A stretch of 62,680 nt of DNA, counting the filler, from Porpidia crustulata (lineage: Eukaryota), in assembly GCA_964255105.1 (NCBI GenBank). It is 23 parts of 23 records of this genome, joined end to end, with 100 filler letters (N's around TTAATTAATTAA, not from the genome) between each part and the next. Parts side by side here need not be neighbours in the genome. Positions count along the whole stretch, not along the records: positions 11,173 to 13,855 come from CAXUWE010002405.1; positions 13,956 to 16,619 come from CAXUWE010002406.1; positions 16,720 to 19,381 come from CAXUWE010002407.1; positions 19,482 to 22,142 come from CAXUWE010002408.1; positions 22,243 to 24,899 come from CAXUWE010002409.1; 18 more parts are not named here. The stretch is one strand, 5' to 3'. How positions within the stretch are numbered: position 1 is the first letter of the stretch; each line of letters opens with the position of its first letter. Under the pieces are notes generated by a model. The model was given only the letters and a program-made list of their open reading frames with translations, was not told where the DNA came from and searched no databases. Below are positions 11,967-23,570 of the stretch, piece after piece. Both the position numbers and the translations under genes were made by a program.

Positions 11967-13109
11967 TCATAACTTCTCCACCTCCTCTAACTTCGCAATC
12001 TCTAGCACTGCCTTCCCGAAATTCTCCCCCTTCAACATACCCAGGAAGCCCTCGACGCCCTTGTCGATGCCCTCGGTCACGCTCTGCTGGGCCTTGAAGC
12101 TACCCTCGGCGATCCACTTGGCAACGTTCTTCTGATGGTCGGCCGTGTACTTGGGGCCCATGTTAGCGTCAAAGACGATGAAGCCGCGCATGGTAAGCCG
12201 CTTCCTGATGAACATCGTCATGTTCTTCACGCCGTACACATCCGAGGGCGAGGCGTTATTGTATTGAGAGATCATGCCGCAGGCGACTGCGAGGAGGTTA
12301 GTGCTCGTGGGGAGGTAGATGGGAAGCATAAAAAGGGGAAAGGGGGGTTGCGGACTTATTCGGCCGTAGTCGCTCATTGCGGCTAGGGCGTGATCGAGTT
12401 GCTCCCCGCCAACATTTTCATAGTAGATGTCAATGCCATTTGGCGCGAGTCTCTTCAACGCGTCCGCAGGCTTCTCTGTCTTGTAATTGAAGCCTTTGTC
12501 GAAGCCGAGCTCTTTCTGGATGAATTCGAGTTTCTCGTCGCTTCCTACGCTGCCAATGACCGTGAGGCCCTCGTGCTTCGCTAGTTGGCCCACGATCTGA
12601 CCTACAGCACCGCTGGCTGCGGACACAAGTATCGTTTCGCCCTTCTTGGGTTTGCCGATGTCGTAAAAAGAGGAGTAAGCTGTCAGACCTGGCATTCCTA
12701 GTGCGCCAAGGTAGAATTTCGGGTCGAGATGGTAGGGATTTTCAAGTTTGCGGAAATAATCGTTCGTGACCGATCCTGGAATTGACGAGAATTCCTCCGT
12801 CGGCATCATTCCCACTACCAGATCTCCTTCCTTGAACTTCTCATTATCAGATTTGAGCACTTTTGCCACCCCAGTGTTAGTGATGGGTTTGCCCAGCTCG
12901 AAGGGTTGATTGTAGCTTTTTACTTCGGTGCCTCGCATGCGGCCTCGTTGATAGGGGTCGAATGAGATCGAGTAATTTCTGGTGGTTATGCCGTCTTTCG
13001 GAGGGGGGGCACTGGTGTCGAAATCTCTACCTTCAACCACGAGGTCCTCGCCTGGGACAGGCCATCCGTTTGGGATTGACTTGAAGATGACACCCTTGTT
13101 TTGGACCAT
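11967..13109 (-). CDS. NADPH-dependent MDR oxidoreductase (prostaglandin reductase/allyl-alcohol dehydrogenase type); intron 12287-12355
   Basis: SFDPYQRGRM, LGALGMPGLTAY, VSAASGAVGQIVGQLAK, GIDIYYENVGG, spliced GRIIACGMISQYN, GENFGK. Confidence 0.93.
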   Translation of the reverse strand: MVQNKGVIFKSIPNGWPVPGEDLVVEGRDFDTSAPPPKDGITTRNYSISFDPYQRGRMRGTEVKSYNQPFELGKPITNTGVAKVLKSDNEKFKEGDLVVGMMPTEEFSSIPGSVTNDYFRKLENPYHLDPKFYLGALGMPGLTAYSSFYDIGKPKKGETILVSAASGAVGQIVGQLAKHEGLTVIGSVGSDEKLEFIQKELGFDKGFNYKTEKPADALKRLAPNGIDIYYENVGGEQLDHALAAMSDYGRISPQPPFPLFMLPIYLPTSTNLLAVACGMISQYNNASPSDVYGVKNMTMFIRKRLTMRGFIVFDANMGPKYTADHQKNVAKWIAEGSFKAQQSVTEGIDKGVEGFLGMLKGENFGKAVLEIAKLEEVEKL

Positions 13110-14575
13110 GATTGTGATTGAGGGTGAAGTAGTAATCGTTAAGATTTGGAGCTGGTTTGACTGAGGGGTAAAACAGAAATACGTAAGATGGAGAACGTAA
13201 GCCGATATTACAGTTTATGAAATGAGTAGATGGAATAGGTATGAATTTTGAGATGAACGGAAAGTTGCTGATAGATCACAACAATTTAAAAGAGAGCTCT
13301 CTAGATACTCTTGACGATACAGGCCATTACGTCATTTCCATCAAGCCGCTTTCGCACCGCATAGAGTCTGAAAGGTTCATTGCTGTAGCACGGGCATGAA
13401 AGCCCCTTCTGGAAGTTCTTCCACTCATGCTGATAAAGCATCAGGGGGTCCTTGACTTAAGACAGGCGGTAAAGCGGTTGAGTCACCATTGTTGGGATAT
13501 ACTCGGCTGGACCTTCGATTGCAACGGACGATCGAAGACAAGACACCAAAAGATGCCGAGGCTCATGTGGTGGAGGATGGTGTAGATAGATGGTGAGTAC
13601 GCAAGTCCGATCCAAGGGAAAATCAAGATTAATCAACAATCAACTGTGAACAGTCGAATAAGATTTGTAAACTAATCCTTCAACTATTATTGTGGGGTGA
13701 ATTGGAGGGGTGGATTTGAGGGTGAATGTTAAGCTTGTGAGCTTTATCGATTTCCCTGTGATCGATATGGACTGCCGTAATTACTACGGTATCCGGGCGG
13801 AATGTTGTTAGTACATGGCGTTTGGCCATACCATATTAGTTATAGTTTATTGGTGNNNNNNNNNNNNNNNNNNNNNNNNNNNNNNNNNNNNNNNNNNNNT
13901 TAATTAATTAANNNNNNNNNNNNNNNNNNNNNNNNNNNNNNNNNNNNNNNNNNNNGAGTTTAAAGGGCGGGTTATGGAGCCTGGAGTGGACATTTTGAAG
14001 GAAGAAGGTGGATTGACGATGAAATGGCGCCGGGGTGTTCATGAGAGAGCGGTGGCCGTGGATTTGTTGAAGGTGGACATGAGGCTTTCCCAACAAGGCG
14101 TAGATGGAGTAGTTTTTGTGGAGGTGCGGACGCGTCATACTTCCACAGACCTGAACGCTGTCTTACGTCGCATATTGATTCAAGTCAGTCATTAGTCGTT
14201 TCAAGGTATTGACTGTCATCCCTCAAGATTTATTCGACAGTCAGAGTTTCAGAGGCGCTACCCAAAGTTGTAGCTTTTTAGGAGAATATGTGCATGCTCG
14301 GTGTGGAGGTGAGAACGCGTCTAATGTGATCTCTCAACTCGAGTATCTATCAAATTTTAGCGTCTGAAGTCGGAAATCGATCTATAAGACAGTCTAGAGT
14401 GTTACGGGTGATGCTGTATAGGCGACTACTATTTAAAATACTGTCCAGAGAAAGTTATCAAAAAAAATTAAAATTGCTCTTGATGCTGCAGCATGCTTAT
14501 ATCAATTTAATTGTAACATATCTAATCCTGAGATTAAAGCTATACATGTCATTTGTCTCTAAATTGAAAATCTCA

Positions 14576-14611
14576 TCAAGTCTGCTATCAAGTCTGCTGT
14601 CAAGTCTGCTC
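14576..14611 (+). repeat. 12-bp tandem repeat x3 (TCAAGTCTGCTN) inside AT-rich degenerate DNA
   Basis: Units at 14576, 14588 and 14600. Confidence 0.8.
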
Positions 14612-15933
14612 TTATGCTTCTTATTGGTTTTTTTATTGAATTCAATTAGAGACACTCAAGCACTCGAGTAGCCGGATAGTCAAGCACTTCAACATGACCT
14701 GCAAAGCAACGTGCCTGTGCCTGGTCTGCCACTTCGTACCAATTGAAATTCATCTTCTAGCTGACCTGACATGTGATATCGAAAGCACTTGATCGCCCAA
14801 CCGATGTGTTGCCGTTTCAATGGCATAAAGAAAAAACTGAACGCCGCGACACACATGATCATGACGATCAGGGCGTTTTCCCGGATAATCGTCAGCGAAT
14901 CTCGATATGTCACCGATCTCAAGTCTGTCGACTCAGCCCTAGAAACGCTTCTTCAGGGGTAGGGCTTTTGGAAACCAACAAGGTCAGAATGTGTAAAGCC
15001 AAGACTCCAGTGTCATCCGACGTTGTCGTGAAGTCATTCTCTTCGAAGGCAGACCACGACTTCAGCGTGTCATTTGCTTAACGCAGAGACTCGCTTCAGG
15101 CGAAAAACTGTTTTGCTCATTGAAGAAAGCAGCCTCAAGCTTCCGTTGTCGCTGTCAGTTCTGATTCTTCGTCTGTTGATCGTGAACATCACATGAATAT
15201 CTCTCAAGAAATGTTTTGACATATCGTAGATATATTTGAATCAAAAATATTGAGCTACTCTTCCACGACATTAGATTCATGCATGAACCAGACAAGGGGA
15301 CGTACCAAGCATCCACATCAGTCTCGTGAAGTCTCGACCACGGCCAAAGATTTCGGTCACGGCTTCCGCATTGGTGGCGTACAGCCTATTCCTTGCTGGA
15401 GTAACGAGCATTCAGACATCTCCAAGTTTAGCGTGAGTCCGAAAGTGATCATGAAACTTCCACCTCAAGCGACAATGACGCGTGAATGATGTGGCGGCAA
15501 AGGGAAAGAAGCGTAATATTTTGCGAAAGGCCGTTTGAAAGGCTGTCCAGAGTGGGTTGCTCGGTGTCATCGAACAGATCACCTGCGACAGATCAAGTTC
15601 TGACGTCTTCGAGTAATTCACAATCAGGCAGTACACGTTGTACAATGTCCAGGCACAACGAAGAACAATGGAAGTGATGCCATCGTTTGCGCAAGATACT
15701 GTCAGAATGAGCACTACGCGTAGAAGAAGGAACTGAAGTGTTGTTACTTGTTTCGTACTATTAGCATTTCGTGGAGTGCCTGCAGTATAGTTTAGTTTAT
15801 TATTTTTTCATGGAAGATAGGCTGTTTCATACAGATTGTCGGTTCTTTTTGCTCACCATCATACAGAACTGCCATGTGACTTTCTCAAACGGCTGCCTCA
15901 CCAGCTGCAAGCTTGCATGATCGGAAAACCCCT

Positions 15934-16611
15934 CTAGTATAGGTCAATAAGGAATTTGAGGAGACTCTGAATGCTGCCTTTTGGATGGGCTGAAGGCACT
16001 TGGAACCCACCGCGACTAGAACTCTGATTAATACCAGCTAGACTCTCTTGTATTGGCGGCGGTAGAGCATTTTTGAGCAAGCCTTTGAGGAAAAGACTGA
16101 TTTTCATAGGCAGTGGCATACCACTTCTTGAGATCCATTTGAGAACTCCGTATTCAATTCGAGGGCGAGGAGGGACCTTTGAGGAGGCAGGACGACCATC
16201 GGCGTCGATACTGGAGTCATCTGAAAGCCAGAAATTTCAAAGGTATCTCGAGGCACCTTGAATATGTTTTGGTTCTGTTATGGCGTCTTGCAGGTGCTCT
16301 GGTAGTGAGCCTGCGAGATTGAGAAAGTCGTCGTTTTTCTTAATACTGGTTAGGACGGGAGGGAAGGGGAGTATCTTGTAGATATCTAAGCATTCGTAAT
16401 AAAAATAGGGCCCAGCATACTTGCCAACTCGCTTGGGTTTTTGCGGTCGTGGAAGATAAGGCAGGAGGCTTTGGCGTTTGTGTATGGAAGTTGGTCCTGA
16501 TTTGGGGAAAACTTCTTGTCGTGCAATAATCAGCTGAATGTACAAAACACCTGTGATCTGAAAGTCGATCTCCATACCTCCACCCTTAGAAAATATCCAC
16601 ATCATCATCAC
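15934..16611 (-). pseudogene. Possible pseudogene: about 225-codon frame broken by one TGA (16237-16239)
   Basis: ORFs 16237-16611 and 15934-16119 share a frame and the gap between them is open (SRYL*NFWLSDD...GMPLP). No recognisable domain. Confidence 0.3.
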
Positions 16612-17373
16612 CCCTCCCCNNNNNNNNNNNNNNNNNNNNNNNNNNNNNNNNNNNNNNNNNNNNTTAATTAATTAANNNNNNNNNNNNNNNNNNNNNNNNN
16701 NNNNNNNNNNNNNNNNNNNCTTCTCTCCTCTCCCCTTGCTTCTCCCGTCCACGGGCCCCAGCCTTGAACATCATTCAACAGAATACGAAAAGCAAAAATC
16801 AGAAAAGGGAGTGCCTGATGGTCTATTAGAGCTCATTGAACCAGAAACAGATTACATTGCCTAGTTCGGTTACACCTAAGATATGCTAATACGCTCCCTG
16901 TATGTTGTTTGAGGGCTGCTTGTTGTGCTTGATTAAGGGGGGGGAAAGGTGAAAACTTGTTATTGACCAGAAAGATAGACCAGAAAGGGATAAAAAGATT
17001 TGTTGCTGGAATATGTTGGGAGACGTCTTGCTTGTGTGCCCTGCTATTTACTGTATAGAACGGCGATGTTGAGATATGGCGAATTGGACATATGAAAGGC
17101 GCTGAAGGTCTGACTGCTAGACAAGGCTGAAGTGGATGCGGAACATGTTCATTTCCACGCTAACCTATCAAAGAATCCCACCAGTCGGCCCCGCATGAAA
17201 CCATGGTACTTCAAGACTCAGTGAATTACCTAGCATTGAAGAATGTATCACTCACATGAGACACAGCGACATGTCACGTTCACGAAAGAATCCAAGTCTT
17301 CCAGACACCTAAGGTCTACCATCGCTGAGGCGTTGCGACTGTGAACTGCTCCGTACAACATCTGACTGCCAGA

Positions 17374-18153
17374 ATGCAAACCCCAACTCCACCGGGTAGT
17401 ACCTACGTTTCGCCCAAACGGAAGAGATCTGTTTCGTCGATAGAAACATCTCCATTTGTTACACGTATCACGACTACAGATCTGCTTGATCAATCGACGT
17501 GTGAGAGTGACATTATCAGCGAAGGGAGTCCTCGGACAGCTGTGGCTGGGCACTTGCAGAACCTCGACTTAGACAAGCAGCAGCGATCTATCGGAGTCGA
17601 CTTTTGTAAGGCGAGTGAAGAAGAGATGGTGCCCAGGAAACGTAGCGTTAGAGATGAGGAAGAGGAAGACCAAAGCCATATTCATAGCCAGAATTCCAAC
17701 AACACCCCGCTTTCCCCACCATCCACCCTTTTGGAGCAGAGCAATCCAGCACTCAAGACTTTCCCCCATGAGATTCCTGAAACCCCCAGACCTACACCAG
17801 TATCACCAACAATGGCGTGTGTCCCATCACGAACCTCCAACAAATCACCTGTCCCATCATCCTCTACGCTCTGGTGGACTGATAAAGAGATCACTGGCCA
17901 TAATCCAACCGACCCGTCAGACGATGGTTACGGAATCAACGGTGTTGGATTCATTCCTACTGCTGCAGTAGCCAACGCTCGGGCGGAGCGCCGAAAACGA
18001 CAAGTCGCGGATTGGAAGAATCGAGAAGCGAAAGATGCGAGGCAGAAAAGGAGTGATATGAGGAGGAGGAAGGAAGCTGATATTGAGCACTTGAAGTCCA
18101 TCGAAGGTTTGGGTGCGGATGAAAGCAGAAAAGTTAGATTCTTGGAGGTATGA
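17374..18153 (+). CDS. Conserved hypothetical protein (Pezizomycotina-type)
   Basis: Intronless ORF. SPRTAVAGHLQNLDL and WWTDKEITGHNPTDPSDDGYGINGVGFIPT..RAERRKRQVADWKNREAKDARQKR resemble a widespread fungal family. Confidence 0.7.
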   Translation: MQTPTPPGSTYVSPKRKRSVSSIETSPFVTRITTTDLLDQSTCESDIISEGSPRTAVAGHLQNLDLDKQQRSIGVDFCKASEEEMVPRKRSVRDEEEEDQSHIHSQNSNNTPLSPPSTLLEQSNPALKTFPHEIPETPRPTPVSPTMACVPSRTSNKSPVPSSSTLWWTDKEITGHNPTDPSDDGYGINGVGFIPTAAVANARAERRKRQVADWKNREAKDARQKRSDMRRRKEADIEHLKSIEGLGADESRKVRFLEV

Positions 18154-18754
18154 TATCATGAGTTGGATGTTTCGGTTTGAGGAGTCTTAGGTATACGGTT
18201 GGATGGGGTATCGGTGGGATAGACTTGGAGATACCCTTTGGTGTAGGATTGCATACACCTGCATCCTGGATTTTGCCTTAGTACTTGGGAATAGTGGTAT
18301 GCACTGCTTCGGCATATGGATGCAGCACAATTGAACTGTCTGTGCTGTCATGGAATTCAACGATCCCTCACTCTTCTGAAAGATATCGCATGATGTAGCG
18401 GCTTGCAAACATCAAAGGGTTCAAATACGGGAGCAAACGAGTAGACTCTAAATGATAATCTTACCTCTCCGTACGAGCTGTACGTGCAGAGGACAAATCG
18501 ATTGAGGCTCTCCGTCGATGAACTGCGAGACTGCATGAAGGAAAGTTCGGCAGAACCCAAGTCCCGCCAAACACTCGTCATCATGATAGCTAGATATATC
18601 TATACCTTTACTACCAGACCATCCCGTCAACTTTACAGCTTGCACATTCCCCCAATCTTACCAACTCGTCTCCAGTCTGTACGTAGTAATTGAATCACAT
18701 CCTAGCCAAGTCATCCAGCAAGACATCGCCCTCACACAACAAATCGCTTGAGCG

Positions 18755-19381
18755 ATGGCTTCCAATCACGGCCAAGTGCCGCACCTCCTTTCACAAAGCT
18801 ACAAACGTATGGTCTCCGCCTGGCTGGAAGAAGACTGTCCTAGTTTTGATTACGGCGGGTTTGTGGTCGGAGAGGACATGGCGGAGGCGAGGTTGTTGGG
18901 GAAGAGTGCTGTGGGTATTCTCTTGTGATTTTCTGATATCTTCTTTTTGTGGGAGCTCTTGCTTGTTGTGGAGGGAAAAAGTGCTATATAAAGGTGGGAT
19001 TACTTATATCGGCGGACCTGTATACGTCGAAGCAGGAATGAACAGCTGTGCTTCGATAAGCCCATTTCGAATCTACCCAAACCATGTTCTAACATAAATT
19101 GCGACCCAGGGCATGCTAGCCGGCGTCCCCTTCTTCGACGAAGTGTTTAGACAACTAGATTGTACGTACGTGACCAAATTCAGTCCTCCCTTGCTCTTCT
19201 CCCAACATCCGATTCCTATGAGCTGACTGTTACCATAGGGTAGAATGGAAAGTTTCCGAGGGTCACACCATCAAACCCGTCGAGCACTGCGCCACGGTCC
19301 GCGGCCCCGTGCGAAAGATCCTTCTGGGTGAACGAGTCGCTCTGAACACCCTGGCTCGATGCTCAGGCATCGCAACAAAGT
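18755..19381 (+). CDS. BNA6: Quinolinate phosphoribosyltransferase (nicotinate-nucleotide pyrophosphorylase), 3'-truncated; exons 18755-18910, 19110-19165, 19239-19381
   Basis: Spliced [74 protein letters not shown]. Not present in the ORF track. Confidence 0.93.
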
Positions 19382-19481
19382 NNNNNNNNNNNNNNNNNNN
19401 NNNNNNNNNNNNNNNNNNNNNNNNNTTAATTAATTAANNNNNNNNNNNNNNNNNNNNNNNNNNNNNNNNNNNNNNNNNNNN

Positions 19482-20332
19482 GAAGGGGAGGGAGAGGAGA
19501 GGAGAGAAAGGATGGGGGGACGAACACTGTATTCGCAGTCGACGTCTTCGCGCTCTTCTTGTAGCTGTTCTAGCTTCGTGACGAGGTTGTCGATGTATAG
19601 GTCTGCGAGGAGGTGGAAGCGGTCGGCTGTCAATGGGGTTGGTTGCGATGGTTCGGCTGGAGTTGAGGGTTGCGGCGGGGTGGGTGTGGCTGGATGCGTT
19701 GAGAATGCATGTCGTGTTGGGGTTGCTGGCTGTATTGGTAGTGCCGGTAGCACTGGTCGTCGTGAGGTACATGCGGATATTTGCGGTGAAGCCTCCGCTG
19801 CTGCACGCGGGGTTTCGAATCTTGCTTTGCCGTTTGCACAGCGGTAGGCAGTGGTTGTCAAGGGGCGCAGCTGTTGTTGACACACGCGGGCTTGTTCACG
19901 TGTGTTATTTTCTCGCATGCTCATTTCATATGGATAGCGCTTTCGTTCCCGATTGGCGCGTTCCAATTGAAAGAAACGGTACACGTTGGGGTCCGTACGA
20001 GGAATTCCTGCGTGAAGGGTTGCCATGTCCTCGATAGGTGGCCGTTGGCCTTTCTCAGAGTGGTAGCTCTCATGGGTTACGTGTAAGTATATGCCAGTCG
20101 GTTCCGAGGTACTTCGGTAGGCTTTCGCGATGCATGAGCTACCGGGACGTTGTTGGCGGTGGTGAGGATGCGCAATTGAAATCTCCCGCGACGTATTTGT
20201 GGACTCCATGTCAGGCTTCTTGGGGGTGTGTTTGGATGTTTGATCGGGCCACAAGTCAGCAACCAGTCGTGGCTGGCGGAGAACTTGGTGAGTAACCAAG
20301 CCCGCGAGAGGTGGGTTAGAGAGTGATGGCAT
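19482..20332 (-). CDS. Hypothetical Pro/Thr-rich protein, 3'-truncated
   Basis: About 280 open codons with no recognisable domain. The C-rich end probably runs into an intron. Confidence 0.35.
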
Positions 20333-22503
20333 TTGGTAAAGGTTTTGGGCACGGCGGTGGATATGGAGGTGATCATGAGTTAGTGACCCGGATTGTTAGG
20401 CGGGACCCTCGGACGTTAGATTGTTCCTCGGGTATACCCGTCGCGAGCTAGAGTATTGCCCGACAGTGGCATGGTACCATAGAAACCACATTGCCGTCCT
20501 TCTCTTCCTCCCTCCATATCATGTGCAGGCTCAGATGGCACAGCCCACCATTTCTGCCATTACTAGCCTCTTGAGGGCCTCTTGAGGAAGAATCGTTGGC
20601 TGTCTCGTACCGTCAACAACCCAAGGAGATCGTCGTCGCCAGTCACGGCAAACGCCAGAAAGGGCGGTGCACTGTATACATCAACTATTCTAACCCTTTC
20701 TGTCCTTCACGACGAAAGTTCATAGCAGGTTGGACTTTCTCGTTTCACCGCTTGGGCTAATCGTTCGAAGGAAGTCTACTGTCCAGTGGCAGTTATAATG
20801 GCTTCAGAGGACTTCAGGGAAAAGTCAAGCGAATCGAGCGACGAGAAGAAAGGCTCCTTGAACGACAGTGAAAATTAGATTGAAGAGGGTTAGAAATCAA
20901 AATGTTTATTCTATAATATTTTTCATCGGTGCATCACGAAGGGGATCGTGTGCAGCCACATTTACATCGGAATGCCTGAATTCAAAAGTCTAGATTGACA
21001 TGATTCCGCGTCTTTCAAGGAGATAGGCCTTCAGAAGACTGACATTCTCTCTGTCACGGTGCTAGACATTTAATTTAATGCCTGTTCATTCACCCGGAAT
21101 AGTCTTTGGAAGAGTAGAATCATGGGTTAATCGTGTAGGTAATGGATTGGGATATTGTAAACGTTATACTGCTTCACTTCGAGATCTGTTGATTCAGATT
21201 GTATTGGATTAGATTGTAGCACTACAATTTCAGGGCCTCGAAATGTAAGAAAAAGTCCAAGGGAAGAAGGAGAATACTTGATCTAAATGGCAGCATCCTG
21301 ATAGTTTTTCCCCGCCGATGGTAGCCTCCAACCGCCTGAGCCGGAATCCTTGGTTTCATTATCCTCTCTGAGCTGCTCTATCTCTTCCTTCCATATTGCA
21401 ATTGGAGCGGAAGATAGTATAACCCCGGAGATGCACTTTCAGGCAGCTCTTGCTCTAGTCTTCCGGCCGACGGAGTAGCTCGACCTAGATATGTGATGAC
21501 TGCTTTATCCTTAGTATTCTGTTTTCGTTTTTTCCGGAGCTCTTGCTTTAGCTGCTCGTTCTCTTGTCCAGCCTCTTCAGCTCGGCCCGAAGGCCCTGGT
21601 AGTGTTTCGCATTCGTGGCTGGAGAATCCTCTCCTGCATTGCTCGAAATACATCCCACCAAAAGTTGGCGTGATATCAAACGCGGTTGCTAACTGCCACA
21701 ACATTAATGATGGACCAAGAGCGGAGGGGAGGAAGCAGCGGGTGCCCAGCCCTAACATAGTCTCGTGCATCGATAGTCTCTATGTCGGTCGCTTGTTTAT
21801 ATGCTGTTTAGACATATCTATTGGATGAATTCGCAGTTATGGTCGTACACTGTCTAGCCTCGGTCATAATTTGGCAACTTAGACTAGTAAAAAGACGTAT
21901 CGAAAAGACGAAGAGGAATAAAACCCGCTCAGGAAAATTTATACTATCGACCACGATATCCTACGGTTGGGCTTTCTTATGAGAAAGGAACTTGCGTCAG
22001 GACGCGAGCTCTTTAAGGCTTGGGACTCTTTCGGATTGACTTCTTGAGACTCTACACTAACAGCGCTCGAGTTCCAGTAATGGTCTTCTAACGTGATCTA
22101 CCCCCTAGTTGGCCAAACCCTCTAGTTGGCCAGCGCCCCTCANNNNNNNNNNNNNNNNNNNNNNNNNNNNNNNNNNNNNNNNNNNNTTAATTAATTAANN
22201 NNNNNNNNNNNNNNNNNNNNNNNNNNNNNNNNNNNNNNNNNNGGGTTTTGTTTTTGGGGGGAGAGGGGATTTGCTGTGGGATCTCTCCATATGTTACCCT
22301 TACCTTATCCTCGAAAAAAAACACCGATCTCTCCCGGTTTCCCTTGGTCTCACATTCAAGTCCCAGTATGCCCACATTCATGAAAAAGAGGGGTTTTGAA
22401 GCGCAACCCGTGTCCGCGGGTCTGCACGATGATAGCAAGACAAGCGAGTATGAAGAGTATGGGATCTAATTAGGTGATAAATGACAACCACAATGACGCC
22501 GGA

Positions 22504-23279
22504 TCAATGCCCGCTCCGTTGGTTGTATCTGGCTTTGCCGAAGGTGAAGGGTACGTAGCGGTATTTGATCATGTGCTGGATCTGTCTCCTCACTGCGGGT
22601 TGCAGTTAGTCGTTTTCCTTTGCCGTGGCCGCGATGGGATTGTGATGGCTGGAGGATTTGGAGAGGGAGACTTACTGGTCACGGAGAATAAGATGAGGAA
22701 GTAAATCACTAGGACTGGCCAGAAGACTGGCAGGTTGAATACTTGGAACCACGTGCATACAAAACACAACAGTATCGCCCTTGTCGCCGAATGCCAGAAT
22801 TTGAACTCCGGTAATCTCCGTATGAACGGGCGGAATTCTTCGTCTTGCTTCGTGGGGAGTGTTGCGTCGCCGTCTTCTAGGCCTTCGTCTTGGGTGAGTG
22901 AAGGGTCGAATTTGGGTTGGAGGAAGGCGAGGAAGAGATTTAAGAGGTAGATTCCGAGGGAGTAGCAGACTTGAGAGAAGTCAGTATATATGGACAATTT
23001 TAGTGCCGAGGGGCTGGAAAAGACTGACTGATATACCAGCCTTGGGCGAGTACGATACGAAGGAGAAAGAGGACGAGGAGCGTGCCTGTGCTGATCCAAC
23101 GGTATGCGGTGTAGGGGGTGGCTTTGTCGAGGTAGGATTGGTAGAACTGCGCGACAGAGCTTATTAAGAACACGATGTCTGCAAAGTGCAAGCAAAGGGA
23201 CACATACTCTCCCCAGTTTCGAAGTTTGCTTGCTAACGGCTGCGAAAGGGGTCTCTTCTGATGGGTCGGTGGAATTCAT
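22504..23279 (-). CDS. RER1: Golgi-to-ER retrieval receptor Rer1; introns 23147-23207, 22970-23028, 22593-22675
   Basis: YQSYLDKATPY, GWYI, LGIYLLNLFLAFLQPKFDP, DEEFRPFIRRLPEFKFW, MRRQIQHMIKYRYVPF. Confidence 0.96.
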
Positions 23280-23570
23280 GGCGGATTGGAGGAGGGCGCG
23301 GAACGCCTGTTGAGGATATTGAAGTCACTCAATTTGGGAGTTACGATGCGATTCTAGTGACGGAGAAGTAGGGTGTGGGAAGAGATAGGAAAACTCGCAG
23401 AATTGTTGAAAATGGAAATCGCTGAATGTCAAGATCAAGGGACTTAACCTGATTTGGATGGACCGCAGTTCGTAAGGCGGACGGCTTCCGCTCCGCTATT
23501 CCCCGCAGCTTTCCTCCGCGTTATTGCAGAGTAATTTACGCAGTACCTTTTCCAGATCTCCCCACCACAA

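Noticed and set aside
6113..13109. Monooxygenase + 2OG oxygenase + reductase as a secondary-metabolite cluster
   Set aside because: They lie on three different contigs ordered only by length, and no backbone synthase is present.
21378..21770. 130-aa minus-strand ORF with a short coiled-coil-like segment
   Set aside because: No recognisable domain or reliable gene structure; may be a fragment or a chance ORF.
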